A DNA stretch of 64,000 nucleotides from Tubiluchus corallicola (lineage: Eukaryota; Animalia; Priapulida), in NCBI GenBank assembly GCA_030141605.1, contig JAQGDQ010002368.1, positions 62,001 through 126,000 on the forward strand, in the 5' to 3' direction. The notes beneath the pieces were generated by a model. The model saw only the letters and a program-made list of their open reading frames with translations, was not told the DNA's origin and did not search any database. Positions 50,901 to 64,000 of the stretch are shown here, piece after piece (within the stretch, counting starts at the first letter, position 1; every line of letters begins with the position of its first letter). A program made the position numbers and the translations under genes.

Positions 50901-53900
50901 TTCTCTATACTCGAGTTACTCTGCATTCTAAATTTATGCGAAAAAAATCATGACAAGGACAAATGGCGATCTGACATATCCAGGAAGTTTCGTCAGAAAA
51001 AAACTCGGCGAGCTGCGATATTTTCAAATTTCAATGGTTACACTCTTAGTGCAAAAATTGCAATTTTTCCCGAAAGTGGTTGACGGTATATTTAATCATT
51101 TCCTGCTTCCTCGCACAGTCATTTGTAGTAATTATTGCGCAAGTTCCTAAGCTTGTTGGGCAAAGTAGCGTGCGAGCACTGCCCTGTAATTCTTCAGAAA
51201 TTTCCCGACAGCTGAGACGAGCTGTGTATGTCTGTAATGCTTTTTTGCCTTTGAGAAAATATCAGAGCTAGCTTTGCGATCTCTGATAAACAAAAACGCG
51301 CCCCATGATTGCGCAGCATAAACCATAGGCATTCATTGAAAATTCTGCGCTGCGATGTACGTCCTTATTTCATATTAAATCATATGAATGAGATAACACT
51401 TTTTTTCGTTTTGTCATTCTTTTGAAATTAAATTTATCATATTGAACGTTAAAGCAAAACCGGACCCAATCTTAAACTGTGTGTCAAAACAATCTACTCT
51501 TTTAAATTTTGAAAGGAAACATGCCATTTTTTCAAAAAATGACTTACGTGAAAGAATTATTACTACACAAAGACAATTTTATGTACGCGCCTTCGCGCCA
51601 CTAGTTCTTCTCTGTTACGTGGATTTCGCCATTCGCTAGTTAGACGGGCACTTGCGCCTACATTCCGGAAACGCATTGCACAAAAACAGGTACAGTGCCT
51701 CTCAGTTGAGATGTGTTAGTTTGTGACGAACTACACATGTTCGACAGCTCATGCATAAGCACAGCGTTAAATTTGAAATTTGAACTTTTATCTTAAAACT
51801 TGTCTAGTTTTAGTAGAACACACTGAATATCTTGAAGTGGCACTATACATACTTCAACTTTTTGCTTTCGCAGAAACGTACAACACGCTCGTGGAATGTT
51901 TTTGCTGTTGAAAATTATATTAGTATGTGATTTCATCAATAGTTGGGCTAGCCCGTTGTTATAATTAAGTTTTTAATCTATAATTTAATTATCAGAAACG
52001 CTTTTGCAGTATTAACTGTATTAAAATATATACTTTTATCGGATTTGAAAATGAGGTAGTATATGAAAAATCATCTTATTTTCGTTTAAGCAGTTCAGTT
52101 TATTATCGCAATTTCTTCATACTGATTTGATTATTTATTGTACTAATGTACACGTGGCAGGTTCTCGGAAGCTTGAACTTTAGTGTCAAGCGTCACGCTA
52201 AATAATTGTACTGGTAGTAGACATGAAAACACTATTGTTGTCATGGTATATGATAGTTCCAGTTTCTAACAGTGTTTTCCATTTCCAATGTGATGTTGAC
52301 ACTGACGACTTCTGTGAATGATGAAGTGAACCCATTACAACTGAGTTTTTGAAACCAAACAAAAGCAAGAAGTGAGCCTAGATATGAACTAGAAAGCTTC
52401 GCATTACATGCCCAAGGCCTTAATCGATTACCCTATTGTAATCACGCTTGGGTTTCATTCAATCCATTCGTATTATAGCTCTCTAGTCATGATAACATAA
52501 ATTTCTGAATTTTATTTTACCCACGCATCAGGTTAGTGTAATTAGTAATAAGTGCTGTGAAATTAGTGGTCCGAGTCGCCTTTACGTTTTTGTTACATTA
52601 ATGTATGCTAGCGTGTATGTACCAATGCTTTATTTTTCCTAGAAGTTACGTCATTATATTGGTGTCATCAGGCCTTTATTATGCGCAATGAAGTACCCGC
52701 ACAATGTTTGAATTAACGTTGTTAGAATCCTTTTGTTTGGTTTTCTAGACAACCGAAGCATTTTGTTGCAAACGTTTGTTTAGAAGGATGAAAAATTGTT
52801 TGCGGGATATTGCAGAAAAAGTTAAAACTTCTCGGGTAAGGTCAGTTATAAGATCCATAAAACTGGCATAAAGTATGCATTTTTTGCGCACACCAATCTT
52901 CTTTATCACGTAAGATCAGTTTTGCTCGTCTGGGGTGTCCTTTCTTTACTGAGCGCTTGCGCGTTCAGGAATTTTCTAACAAAACCGGCTAAGCTCGAAT
53001 ACATGCTGAAGCCTACTTTCAGTCTGATTGGAGTGTATTCACGCGTGCTGTACCAAGATAAATTTGGAACAGCAGCTTTGATGTTTTACTACTGCGGGGG
53101 TATAGCCCCGTAGCCCCAGATTCAATGGTCTGAGGCTGAACGACGAGCAAAACAGTTTATTTACGCAGGAACGGCGCAATATGATGGCGTAAATCATGAG
53201 TGCGTACTGTTTCTGTTGCTTAGCTAAGATGAGTAAATAACAATTTAACTGAGTTTGAATATTAAAGTTTTAAAGGTCTATTCACACAGTCTGTAACAGC
53301 GAGATGGTTTCCCTAACACCAACCGAATGAAAACAAGTTCAGAAATCGAGTAGCTGCTATGCTTACTTTAACTCATCTACTTAATTGATATTAAAGTTTT
53401 TAAGGTCTATTCATACAGTCTGTAACAGCGAGATGGTTTCCCTAAAACCAACCGAATGAAAACAAGTTCAGAAATCGAGTAGCTGCTCTGCTTGCTTTAA
53501 CTCATCTACTTTAGAATTCTTAATCTTGTTTAAATGTTGAGATGTTTTTTCGGACACTGTAAAATATCCGACAGTGACAGACTTTGGACTCCATGGAAAA
53601 TTGTGTATTGTACTAAGGCGTTTTTACACTGTGTCAGGTAACGGCAATTTGACAAAAAGTGATTTACTGAGTAACTGAGAGCCTATATTTGTTCACTTGA
53701 TGCAGAAATAAGTTAAAGTATATTCCAGTTAAGACAGATTCATTTTATCTAAGTAATGATGAAATAATTTTCAAACACTAACGGCTACGGTCATGGCTAC
53801 GATCATCTATGTGAATTCTTTTATACTGATGCGTAGTGAAGAATCTAACCGAACAATAACAGAAGTATTGTTCAAGATTTCAAGTCTTGTTATTTAGTAA

Positions 53901-56900
53901 TATTTTAGTTGTCGGTATTGCAATATTAATTTGCCAAATTATAGAATTTACTGGCACTTAATGGTTCAGTTTTTCCTGTAAAAGTTCTGTCACTCAGTCT
54001 GTTGTAAAAAATAATTATTTTATAAAAATTGAACCTATGTGTAATTCACCCATCAATCTTTGGCGTTTGATTCTGGTTGCTTAACTTGCTTCGAGTGGCT
54101 TACTCACAACCCGTTTCACTTATTATGAGATCAGTTTGAACTGCAGCCAGCGGGGCCACGGCATACGTCTGGTATGCATAAATGGGGGCAAATAGGCACA
54201 CATGTGTAGAGCTACAGATATTACATAGCAATATCGTTGTCTGCATAGGCACTTTACCATGCAGATCAAATCTTTGGTGTGTTGTTATAATCGTAGTCTC
54301 TGTCAGTTAATTCCTCAGTTATGCTGCGCGTCTGTCTAAATTTCTGATGACTGATGTTGTCGTTTTCCAATTAACTGACTTTTGACACAGACTAAAATTT
54401 TTATTGAAATGTTTGAAGTTTGAAGACATTTTGGAATGAAATGTCAATGAAATGTTTATTAGTATTAACAGTATTTCGGGAAACGGAATTGTATGTGATT
54501 AATTTTATGTAACCCGATGAACGGAACAGTGGTTTAACAAAATATTCTTAACACTTACCTTGTTGTGAGAAACATTCCAAAACGTATTGAAAATGTTAAT
54601 AAAAAATTTGCAATATGTCAGTAAAAATAATTTTTCATTTTCGATTACTACTTTGCCAAAATTTCACTTTATAATATTAATTTTTTCACATGCTTGTGCT
54701 GTTATGTAATGACATTGTAAATATTTTGACAATTAGCTTTGAGTTTTTGAGAGTCAAACGTCGTGTTTCGTTGTCATATTGATGGAACATAATTTTCCTT
54801 ATCCATTTTCTCAGACCGTTTGAATATTTAATATTATTTACTATATTTGCAAATTGTGTGGCATTGGCTGTTTATACTCCATATCCAGACGGAGACTCCA
54901 ATAGCATCAATCAAGCATTGGTAAGATAGTCTTGTTTGCTTAGCTGTAATTTTATATTTTAAAATATAGTTTATGTAGCATATCTAATTTGCTGAAACTC
55001 TAATGCCTAAAATTGGTTTCATTTACATAAGGTAAATTAAAACATGCTTCATCTCATTTAGCATTAATGATTGTGCACCTGTTTCCTCTTCTTTGTCTGT
55101 TTTTTTCTTGTTTTACTTCCTTTCCTGTTTATTCTATAACCTACTTTTTACCCGGACCATGTTATATTGCCATGCAGTGTCTGTCATCTTTGTTTGAGTT
55201 TAAGTCAGTTATACCTAAACCACTCAGGCAGGCTTTGAGATTTTTAATATGACAATATTGGTTAATTTTGGAAAAGATGGCAATCAAAGTCAAAGGGCAT
55301 TTTGAAAAAAAAACATCATGCAATAACATGACAGTTATGGTGAGTACAGTGGGAAGGTCGGAGTGCAAGGACCTAGTGTGGCCTGTCGCCTATCAACAAC
55401 CGAAAATCAATAAAAGCATTTTATTTCCTTCTCCCTAGACGCTAGTTATGAGGTTGACAACTTTTGTGTGATGACCTGCAATGACCCAGTGTCACGGGCA
55501 AGAATTGCAGACATTTGGCAAAAAGTATGATCTTGGGTCAAAGGTCATGGTTGTAAAAACGATAAGGGGGAAACAAAGAGTTTACAATTCATTTGATTTG
55601 CCATTGGGATATGTATGTAGATTGTGGCATGTGGAAATATTTCTGAATCAAATTTCGATGCCACAAATTTTTTACCTTGGATTTTGCATGCTTATTCATG
55701 TCTAAGTCAAATTTTGATGTAGAAAACGCTTGACCTTGGACTGACCAATAAAGTCAGGAACCTACAGTCTTCATCGTTGCCATTACAATTTTACCTTGAG
55801 TAGCATTGTCACTGGCTCATCACCGTCATCATGATCATCATCAATTTATTGTCGTCATTGATTAGCTTAATTGTTTGGTCACAGGTTTAGTTGCTTAATT
55901 ATGCAACATTAGTCACTATCATCTCCTGTCTCCGTTCATCATCTGTCTCTGTTCCTATCATCATTTTTGCTGTCACTAATCATCATTTTTGTACCACTAT
56001 CATCATGGCTATGTCAATCGTCAATTCATCATACATGTTCAGGTGTTGCAGTTGATTTATGTGGTCACGACATGATGTCCATCATGACAATAATATTGTT
56101 AATTTGATTATTTCAGGAGGATGTAGAATATGTGTTTCTAGTTGTGTTCACTTTAGAAGCAATGATGAAGATCGTAGCCTATGGTTTAATCATGCATTCG
56201 GGAGCGTATTTACGCAATGGATGGAATATACTTGATTTTGTTATAGTAATTATTGGGTAAGCAATATCTGCATTCCTGATGTCAATTGCAGTCGGGGTTA
56301 TTTGTACTTCCTGTCATATGTGTAACATGATCATATGAGTGAGATAATAATTAGTACATTTGTTTTGTCCATACTATACAGTTAAGGTTTTAGAAAAAGT
56401 GACACTGGATGTATTCAATTTCCAACTTCCTACATGGTACATGTATACAAAAACATCTATTCATATGTATAAGTGCAATATTAGAATTATTGGAAGGAAA
56501 AGAGTCAAAAATGCAAAAAAATGGCCGCTGTGTCTCTAACATATAGTCAAACCGAATGATGAAAAAGTTGCTCATTTTACCTGAAAGTTACGAAATGTTT
56601 GCACAATGCCAGAGCCACCAAGCTGGTTAATTTTGGTTACAGGGTGAATTGGAAGTCCTGTAATGTGTCTACCATTTTCAAGATGACTGACAATTAAGAT
56701 GGTTGCCATTAGTACAGTACATATAGGCCATATGTTAAACAGTTAAAACTGAACATATGATGATTTTGGTGTCTAAATATAGGTTTCAAAGGTCAAAGAA
56801 TCCGCATCTGATACATCTGCACTTAAAAACACCTATAACTGACATCACCTTTTTAGATTTTCAAGATGGCTGCCAAGATGATCGTTATATCTTGGGTAAC

Positions 56901-59900
56901 ATATCAGCTATATTGCATGTCCTAAGGCAGATAGGACGATGGCTTTAGTATTGTCTAGATATAAGCTTTAAAATTAAAGGATTTGAGGTATTATCCAGTA
57001 CAACCACCATTTTCAAAATGGCCTGCAAGATGGCTGTTGCTATCCTATAAAGGCCACACCTTAGCTGTTTGAGCATATATGATGATGATTTAATGGGGTA
57101 CACTACCCCAAACTAGTGTACATGTCAGAAATAGAGCCAAAATGAAACCTGTTTGGTTGAAAACAAAAAGGTGTGAAGATGTAATCAATGAGAACCGAAA
57201 TATTTGTGAAAGAATAATTTAGAAGACTTAGGTTTGAACTACTAGTGCTTCTAGGTGACTACTGGTACTTACTACTGGTGACATGTAACACTAGTTTGGT
57301 AACCATGCTATAGTTTGGAATAAAGGTAAAGGTTGTGCAGAGTGGGCCACCCAAGCGCATGCGCTACAATATAAATACATATATATATATATAACAACAC
57401 AAAGATTATCACTATAGTGTTTTGTTGTTCCTGCATTAGCAAAAAATGCTTCTTTTTACCATGTTCTTTAATTTTTTATTGGTCTTATGAATGATACAAC
57501 ACAAGTAAGTAAGTTATTTTTTATTTTTCTCCATAAATTTACAATAATTTGACGATAAAATATGCAAACAACAACAGCAAGAAGCAACAATGCGATCATG
57601 TTGTGAATGCTGGTCTTTAAGAGGTTGTTTGTTTGTCTGCATGTATGTTTTTTAAATTAGGAGTTTTATAACCAAATATTACCGGAATAGTTTTTACCAC
57701 TTTAAAACACATGGTTCTAAAGCAATCATTTTCATTCCTTGCGTGTAATTGGTTGATAATTCGCTTGTCTGTGGTAAATTTTCGTATTTCAGTGTACTTG
57801 CAAACTGTGCAATTTGTTGTACTGCGGAAGTGCTAATGACAGCTCAAATCTGAACGCCTAGCAATTTATTTTCATTTTGCCTGTCAACCTTGGCATTTTA
57901 CTGAGAGAAAAATAGAGAGGGTATTTGCCAATAATTGACTGCTGAGGTATGCTCTAAAGGCAGAATCAAGTTAAAGTGAACAAAAACGCAGCCTTCCAAC
58001 ATTTTTTATAATTTGTTCTTGCATATCGATAGAATGTTGCAAAAAAACTACATCAGTATAACAAAATCAATTGGCTAGTTGAAGTATTAAAGCTTTAAAT
58101 ACCCGACCTTCAAGGTGCAAATTTTAAGGTTACTGTTGTTATGATTTATTATTGATTATTTTTATTTAACTTATTGTTTATGAATAACACAAATTTTTGT
58201 TTTTTTATAGTAGGTCTTAAACTTAGGCAAGTGACCTGTAGACCTTAAGCATTATTATGGTTTACAAACGTGAAAGATATTTGATAGATATTTAGTGTGC
58301 AACGCATATTGGCTAATGTTCACCAGTTTATAAAGTGTATGAATATTATATACATAAATCAGGCCGTAGTTTTACAAAAGCATTGTCATAATATAACTTT
58401 AATTGTAGAATGCTCACAAACTTAACACTTTAGCGAAGCTTAGAAATCATTCTTGGCGAGTGTTATATCTTGAGTTGCAACTTAGAGATTAAACTGTGTA
58501 TTACGTGAAATTTTGATAAACGTACCGCATCCCTTTAAGGCTTCTGCTGAAAAAAGTTGTGCTACAAGCCGAAGAAGAATTTAAATCAGCCTAAGGAATA
58601 CTACAGGAAGGTGCAGAGAAAACTCCCCCCTCCCCTTGTAATCTGTAACCTTTCATCCTGGCAGTGGCATTAATAAGTGCCAATAGGACGTTTTTTCTAT
58701 GGTTGCCTTTGGGAATGGTAGGTGAATACCTAAAAAAATGGCCACCTTCGCTCATTGACGGAACTCCGTGTAAGCTGGGAGACTCATAGCTCTTTGGAAA
58801 AAGGATAAACTGGGCTATACACGGTGATATGGGTCTGTTTTACAAATACCTCTGCTAATATGAAGGGTTATGAGATTGTAGATAGTTTGAAGAAATTTTG
58901 TTTTCAAATACTTTGTATTAGATTTGTTAACATGGCTTAGAAACTGTCATTTGTTAGGCTTACATGAATGTATGGTTAAAGCATCCCATTTTGGGCTGGT
59001 GCTTGCATTAACCGTCATCAACCAGGCATTTTGGCTGAACACTTTTTTTCATTACTTTCAATTTGCAATAAACTACACACAACTTTGTGATAGTATTAAA
59101 AAGGAAAACTGGACCCAATCTTAAACTGTAGGGCAAAACAATCTACTCTTTAAAATACTGTACTATTTTTTTCAAAAATGACTTATTACCGCACAAACAC
59201 AATTTCGTGCTCTCGCCACTAGTTCTTCACTGATGCATGCATTTCGCCATTCGCTGTTTAGGCTGGCATTAGTGCCTGCATTTCAGAAACGCATTGCGCA
59301 AAAAACAAGTGCTGTACATCTCAGTTTAGATGTGTTAGTTTGTGACGAACTACACATATGCGACACACAGAGTGGCACAGTGGTAAATTTGAAATTTTAA
59401 TTTTTATCTTAAAACATGCCTAGTTTTAATACAACACATTGAATGTCCAACAGTAGCACTGTACTTTAATTTTCGATTTTGCAAACACATGCAACGCGCT
59501 CGTAGAATATTTTTGCTGTTGAAAATTGTGTGATGTCATCAATAGTTGGGGCTTGCATGCCGTTAATTAAGATTTTAGTCTATTATTTAATTATCAGAAA
59601 CACTTTGGCAGTAATAATCGTGTTAATATGTATACTTTTTATCAGACTTGAAAATGGGGTAGTATATGAGAAAACATCCTGTCATCCCTTAAGCCCCTTT
59701 TTTCCTTACCTTAATGCAAGAAGTTCTCAGAACCTCATGACATTAGTTCCTTCAACAATATATTTGTAATACCCGTTTTGCTGTTGTTGCTGCTCATATT
59801 ATTACACTCTGTTTTCCCTGTGGCTTCTTATCTGTGGAATGTTTTGCCACCATCTCCATTAAGAAGAGTGTTGAACGATACTACCTATATTTTCCACATT

Positions 59901-62900
59901 TCACGTACAATTTTCTCAAATTTGCAGCTGTTAAAGACATAAATTATTCATGGGTTGCATTTTGTTTAGAATTGTAAGTATACTGCTACAGCAGATGGGG
60001 AAGGGTAGATTAGACATCAAAGCACTGAGAGCATTCAGGGTCATTCGTCCGCTACGACTTGTCACCAAAGTGCCTAGTAAGTACAAAGTCAAGTTCTCAG
60101 TCACTGACTGTTTTGTAGTATTACATGCCTACTGGAAGTTTTGGCTAACTGAATTTCACTTTTGCATTTTATCTTAGCATATTAATCCCAATGTGTCGTA
60201 TATCCTTCTATGTTTATTATACACGATGCCATCTGATTTCTTGTATATTAGTTGCATAGTGTTTGCATGAGTTTTAAGGTATGGTAACATGTAGTTTTCA
60301 GACCAGGTTACTGAAGACAGTAATTTTTTTCATTTTTCACCATAGTTTGATATATGAAAAAATGTGTGCCTGTGTTAAGCTGGTTTTGCAATTATTGTTT
60401 ACTTGATTATGATAAGGATGTCATAATTATGCTTATGAAAAGCGTTGAATGTGTGTATGTATCAGATGTATGTGTACAGCAAATGCCAAGTAAGCTTTTT
60501 ATAGGTTTTTGCAAATCCATTGCTGACAATATCTTTAACTCACCTTTTACTCACCTTAGAGCAGCTGCCCCCATCATTTTGACTATTATTGTGGCTTTGA
60601 TATTAGTAGCTGCTGTGTAAGAAACCCAATAAAACTGAGTTATATCATACACTAAATCTGTAAACAACTTTTTGTGGCACTTGCACTTTAATAACAATGA
60701 TTGTAATGATTTGATACATCATATGCACTGTATACACATATAAAAGCCAATGTATCTGTAATTGACATTTTTTATTTTTTAAATAATATTTCCTGAAAAG
60801 CCTATGCCTTAAGAAGCCATCTTTGTACCTTATAAAATATGTGTGCGAATGCAATAAATTATATCTTTTTTTCTAGGTTTACAAGTTGTTTTAAATTCCA
60901 TATTAAGAGCTATGATACCATTATTACATATCGCCCTGTTGGTTGGCTTTGTCATTATCATCTATGCCATCATTGGTCTGGAGCTTTTCTCAGGGAAACT
61001 ACACAATACCTGCCATAGTTTAGAAGCAGGTAAGACAAACCTTGAGTTATTTGCAGGCTGATGTTTTTCCTTTAAAATGTCCATGTCACCAAATACAGTA
61101 AATAGCACAAATTTTAAAAAAGAGTATGTAAACAGTTTGTATTTTATCACTTGGGGAGTTCAGAATATTAACAAGAATAATAGGAGACTAAGTGTATATA
61201 TTATGTTGCTCATTTTTTTTTACTGTTACAGTCTGTGTACTTAAGTTAAATCTCCTTCTAGTTTCCAGGCTATGCCAATACATACATTAAATGATGTACT
61301 CAGCATTGTCATTAAACTGTTAAGAATTAACTTGCTCTTGTTGTACAAATTTTGTATTATGTCCAATAATTTATTAGTGTAATTATTGGATTCTATTTTG
61401 AAAATAAAAGACTCAATATTTTGAACATTAGAGAAGCATTAGTGAAATCGTTCTCGTAATAATGGAATGAATGTGAAAACATGTTGTTCCTGTTTCATTA
61501 TTATCATGAACTTTCCAGATTTGAAAAATCAAACACAGTTAAATGTTAATTTCTGCTTTTGTTCTAGAGAATAAACAAGCCATTGCTGACAGTGTAACTT
61601 TTTAAGGTCAAATTTAACATATAAATGAATTTTCTTTAATTATATACATGTGCTAACCGTAACTTAAATTAATTGAACCTTATTTTATTAAATTGCAGGG
61701 CTTCCTTCTTAATGAAATCGTGATTTGAAGTTGGATTTTCCCAAAACATTTTGTTTGGTTTTCCTTTTTAAATTTCGGAAAATCACACGTTAAACAAATT
61801 GTACTAGCAACGGCGTCCTTGGATACCGCGTCATTTCTGTGACGCCGATTTTGTAAACAATTCTACACAGCAAAATGTAATGAGTAATAAACACTGTATG
61901 ACATCAGAGGAAGCCAAAAGGCCCAATAGGACACCTTGGGGGAAAACACTGGTCATTTAGTAGTAGTAGTAGGAATATCTTTATAGAGATCTTTAACATT
62001 CTTTCGGTGCTGGTGACCAATATCCCAGTTACAGAACCTGATGATAGTAGTGACATATAGTATGAATATTAAACATGTATTATACTATCCTTATTACAGA
62101 TATAATGGATCGAGAGCCAGACCCATGTGATACTGTACACGGACGGGGATATAACTGTGTACCAAACAGCACTTATTGTAAACCTGACTCGTGGGAGGGA
62201 CCAAATGATGGAATCACAAATTTTGATCATTTTGGGTTGGCAATGTTGACTGTGTTTCAGTGTGTCACCATGGAGGGTTGGACAGATGTTTTGTATTATG
62301 TAAGTTGAAAAGGCTTTGCAACAGTATGTGTTAGGAAGTTATGTTAGGAAGCCTCATCAAACTTTTGGACATGCAATTGTCTCATTATTAATTAGTTTGC
62401 TGATGTTTAACAAAAAAAAAAGAGAAATCAAAATTAATGTCTGAAATCTGCTGGGTATAGCAGTCACTTCACTGTACTTGTTACGTCACTCTTCAAGAAC
62501 TAAACTAACTAGGTCATACAGGTAACAAACTGAGGTGTGCGAAGTCAGTTTGGCACAATTTAGAATAAACAAGAAGGTCCTAACATATGTTTTGGTCTTT
62601 ATATTGATGCATTTTTAGGAAATTTTGCTCTCAATACAAAGAATATGGCGAAGAATAGGATTTTATAATTCGTGATAAATCTAGCTACAAGTGCATTTTT
62701 TATGATTTGATTAGAATTGAAACAATATCCGATTTTAAACCATGACTCAAAATGGTATGCTGTCTGAAATGTTCAACATGTTTTTAGTCACATATATTTA
62801 GATAGGCAATGGTACCTATTTCTCAGAAACACATTTTTCAGAAGATATCCATTATACTGATTCTGAACCAGCTATATATATATATATAAGCAAACCCAAA

Positions 62901-63761
62901 CATGATGTCAGGATGACCTTTTGTAGTCTTGCGTTAACCCTTAGATAAACTTGAGATATGAAATTTTGAACTTAAAATTTACCAGGTTTTGTGTTTTGTT
63001 TGTGTTGGCACTGCCACGTGGCAGTGCTGTATTTCAATTCTCGTTTTCGCAAACATATGCAAAACCGACTGTGGCAGGTTCTTGTCATTAACAAATTTGC
63101 CCAACAAGAGTGACACCGCTAGTTACACTAACGTATTACCTGAATTAGCCTGAGTATAACCCTGAGTATACTTAAAGTGTATACTTCTTTAAGAATGCGT
63201 AAAAATGACGTTATAGATCTGTAATGATAAGTTTGGATTTTCTCCATTATATTTGCAATATTTTTTTGGCTTTGATCAACAGCAGATTTACGCTTTTTGA
63301 TTAAAAATTACTTAAATTAATGTTATCTTGCAATATTTCTTCTTACATTGAAAAGCCATGCTGCAGTATAAGGTAGTCACATAGAACCACATTTAAGGAA
63401 AGAGTACTTGTTATTGTCAGCACAATAAGTAATGAATAAAAGTATCAACTAAAGAGTTTAAAATTAAAAGTCAAGTGAAATTTGTTTTTCATATTTTACT
63501 TGATGAAATTCAACTATGATGCCAAGTTTTGTCTGTAAAGAATTTGTAGAGAGGCACTGGTTATTGGACTGTGTTTTTTTAGACCACATGCAATAACAAA
63601 AACAAATACTCGAAATATAATCTTAAATACTAGCAACTAACTTTTGTCTTGTTTCAGATTCAAGATGCAATGGGAAACTCTTGGCCTTGGATTTACTTCA
63701 TCAGTTTAATGATCATAGGAGCTTTCTTCGTACTTAATCTTGTATTAGGTGTTCTTAGCGG
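44947..63761 (+). CDS. Voltage-gated L-type calcium channel alpha-1 subunit (Cav1; CACNA1C/D-like), 5' part: N-terminus and domain I; continues beyond the window
   Basis: Exons 44947-44962 (MSLGS, putative first coding exon, phase-compatible), 48211-48577 ([26 protein letters not shown]), 54815-54920 ([24 protein letters not shown]), 56117-56256 ([14 protein letters not shown]), 59970-60076 (S4 [15 protein letters not shown]), 60877-61029 ([22 protein letters not shown]), 62100-62299 ([33 protein letters not shown]), 63658-63761 (WPWIYFISL...[13 protein letters not shown]). RALFCL-LKNP-R, VEWKPFE and PLLHIALLV are Cav1-type. Confidence 0.95.
46204..46641. mobile_element. hAT-like MITE in Cav1 intron 1
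   Basis: Perfect 8-bp TSD ATCATAGC (46196-46203 and 46642-46649); TIR CGGGGGCGGAACTAG versus CAGGGGCAGAACTAG; GC-rich TTTGCGCCCCCCCTGC subterminal repeats around an AT-rich core. Confidence 0.9.
50390..50556 (-). mobile_element. 3' end of a non-LTR retrotransposon (LINE or LINE-dependent SINE)
   Basis: Hairpin AAAGGATAGC-gaaa-AGACTA...TAGTCT-GCTATCCTTT (50511-50556), followed on the minus strand by AATAAA and a (TTGAA)n tail (50390-50415), the layout typical of CR1/L2-group 3' ends. Confidence 0.55.
51449..52089. mobile_element. dispersed ~600-bp repeat, copy 1 (TTAA-flanked non-autonomous DNA transposon)
   Basis: Colinear with 59096-59692 (shared GGACCCAATCTTAAACTGT, CAAAACAATCTACTCTTT, GATGTGTTAGTTTGTGACGAACTACACAT, TCATCAATAGTTGGG); TTAA at both ends with a weak TIR, suggesting Kolobok- or piggyBac-like. 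Confidence 0.7.
52371..52441 (-). pseudogene. degenerate tRNA-derived sequence
   Basis: A-box-like TAGGGTAATCGATTAAGG and T-arm-like TCTAG-TTCATAT-CTAGG at tRNA spacing; the acceptor stem does not form. Confidence 0.3.
53259..53511. repeat. 129-bp tandem duplication (2 copies)
   Basis: ATATTAAAGTTTT...AACTCATCTACTT starts at 53259 and again at 53388 with only a few substitutions. Confidence 0.95.
55815..56090. repeat. decayed (CAT)n low-complexity tract
   Basis: Repeated CATCAT/CGTCAT/TATCAT motifs upstream of the exon at 56117. Confidence 0.6.
56390..57365. mobile_element. putative non-autonomous transposon with internal (CA)AGATGGC/AAAATGGC repeats
   Basis: Several AAAATGGCC / CAAGATGGCTG / ACCATTTTCAA motifs between 56515 and 57035; ends in the palindrome AGCGCATGCGCT (57354-57365) followed by a (TA)n run. 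Boundaries are approximate. Confidence 0.35.
59096..59692. mobile_element. dispersed ~600-bp repeat, copy 2
   Basis: Same-orientation diverged copy of 51449-52089; TTAA at both ends. Confidence 0.7.
61905..61956 (-). mobile_element. possible decayed LINE reverse-transcriptase remnant
   Basis: Minus-strand translation [15 protein letters not shown] resembles the RT motif TSGVPQGSVLGPLLF. Confidence 0.3.
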
Positions 63762-64000
63762 GTGAGTCTTTTGAAATCTAAAGATTTCAAAAAGTCTAAT
63801 ACCAAAAGTCTTTGTATTTTTGTATTTTTTATATAATGCAGCACATTATAAACCAGAGTCCAGCATTTTTGGCAGGGTAATTATTTGTGGCAAGAACCAG
63901 AATCAGACTCATTATCAAGTCTAGTCTTCTAACCTGAATGAAGTGTCTTTACCATGTTTGGAGATCTCTACGTCCTTCTTTATCCTGAGAAGAAATAGAA

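Larger units (their letters stand above)
48578..54814 (+). other. U12-type (minor spliceosome) GT-AG intron of Cav1
   Basis: 5' site GTATCCTTT; branch-site-like TTTTCCTTATC at 54793-54803, about 13 nt upstream of the CAG; no long polypyrimidine tract; splicing restores EWK/PFE. Confidence 0.88.

Noticed and set aside
62085-62099. TATCCTTATTACAG resembling a U12 branch site before the Cav1 pore-loop exon
   Set aside because: The matching donor at 61030 is GTAAGAC, a U2-type site.
62300-64000. Mutually exclusive duplicate of the IS6 exon (like vertebrate CACNA1C 8/8a)
   Set aside because: Only one IS6 exon (63658-63761) is visible; a second could lie beyond the window edge.

Overview
AT-rich, intron-containing eukaryotic DNA, most consistent with an invertebrate bilaterian; the species cannot be determined from the sequence. 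From left to right: a cluster of three intronless GMC (glucose-methanol-choline) FAD oxidoreductases (one minus, two plus; the third has a 1-nt frameshift), a candidate 70-aa basic microprotein starting MGCACGK, KLHL20/diablo with an intronless CDS, a 4-exon TMEM243 (+) facing a ~15-exon DMTF1 (-) tail to tail, and the first 8 coding exons (N-terminus and domain I) of an L-type Cav1 calcium channel alpha-1 gene that runs off the right edge and contains a U12-type intron. Non-autonomous DNA transposons (Tigger/pogo-like, hAT-like, Harbinger-like, TTAA-flanked), tRNA-derived elements and LINE remnants are scattered between and within the genes. No prokaryotic-type system (CRISPR, operon) is present. 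The most unusual observations are a six-copy minisatellite built from the TMEM243 exon-3 splice acceptor, in which every decoy acceptor leads to an immediate stop; divergence of the second catalytic residue among the three GMC paralogues (Thr/Asn/Gly); the candidate lipidated microprotein; and a Trp-to-Leu change at the NSCaTE-equivalent position of Cav1. All exon models were assembled by eye from translation and splice consensus and need RNA-seq confirmation.
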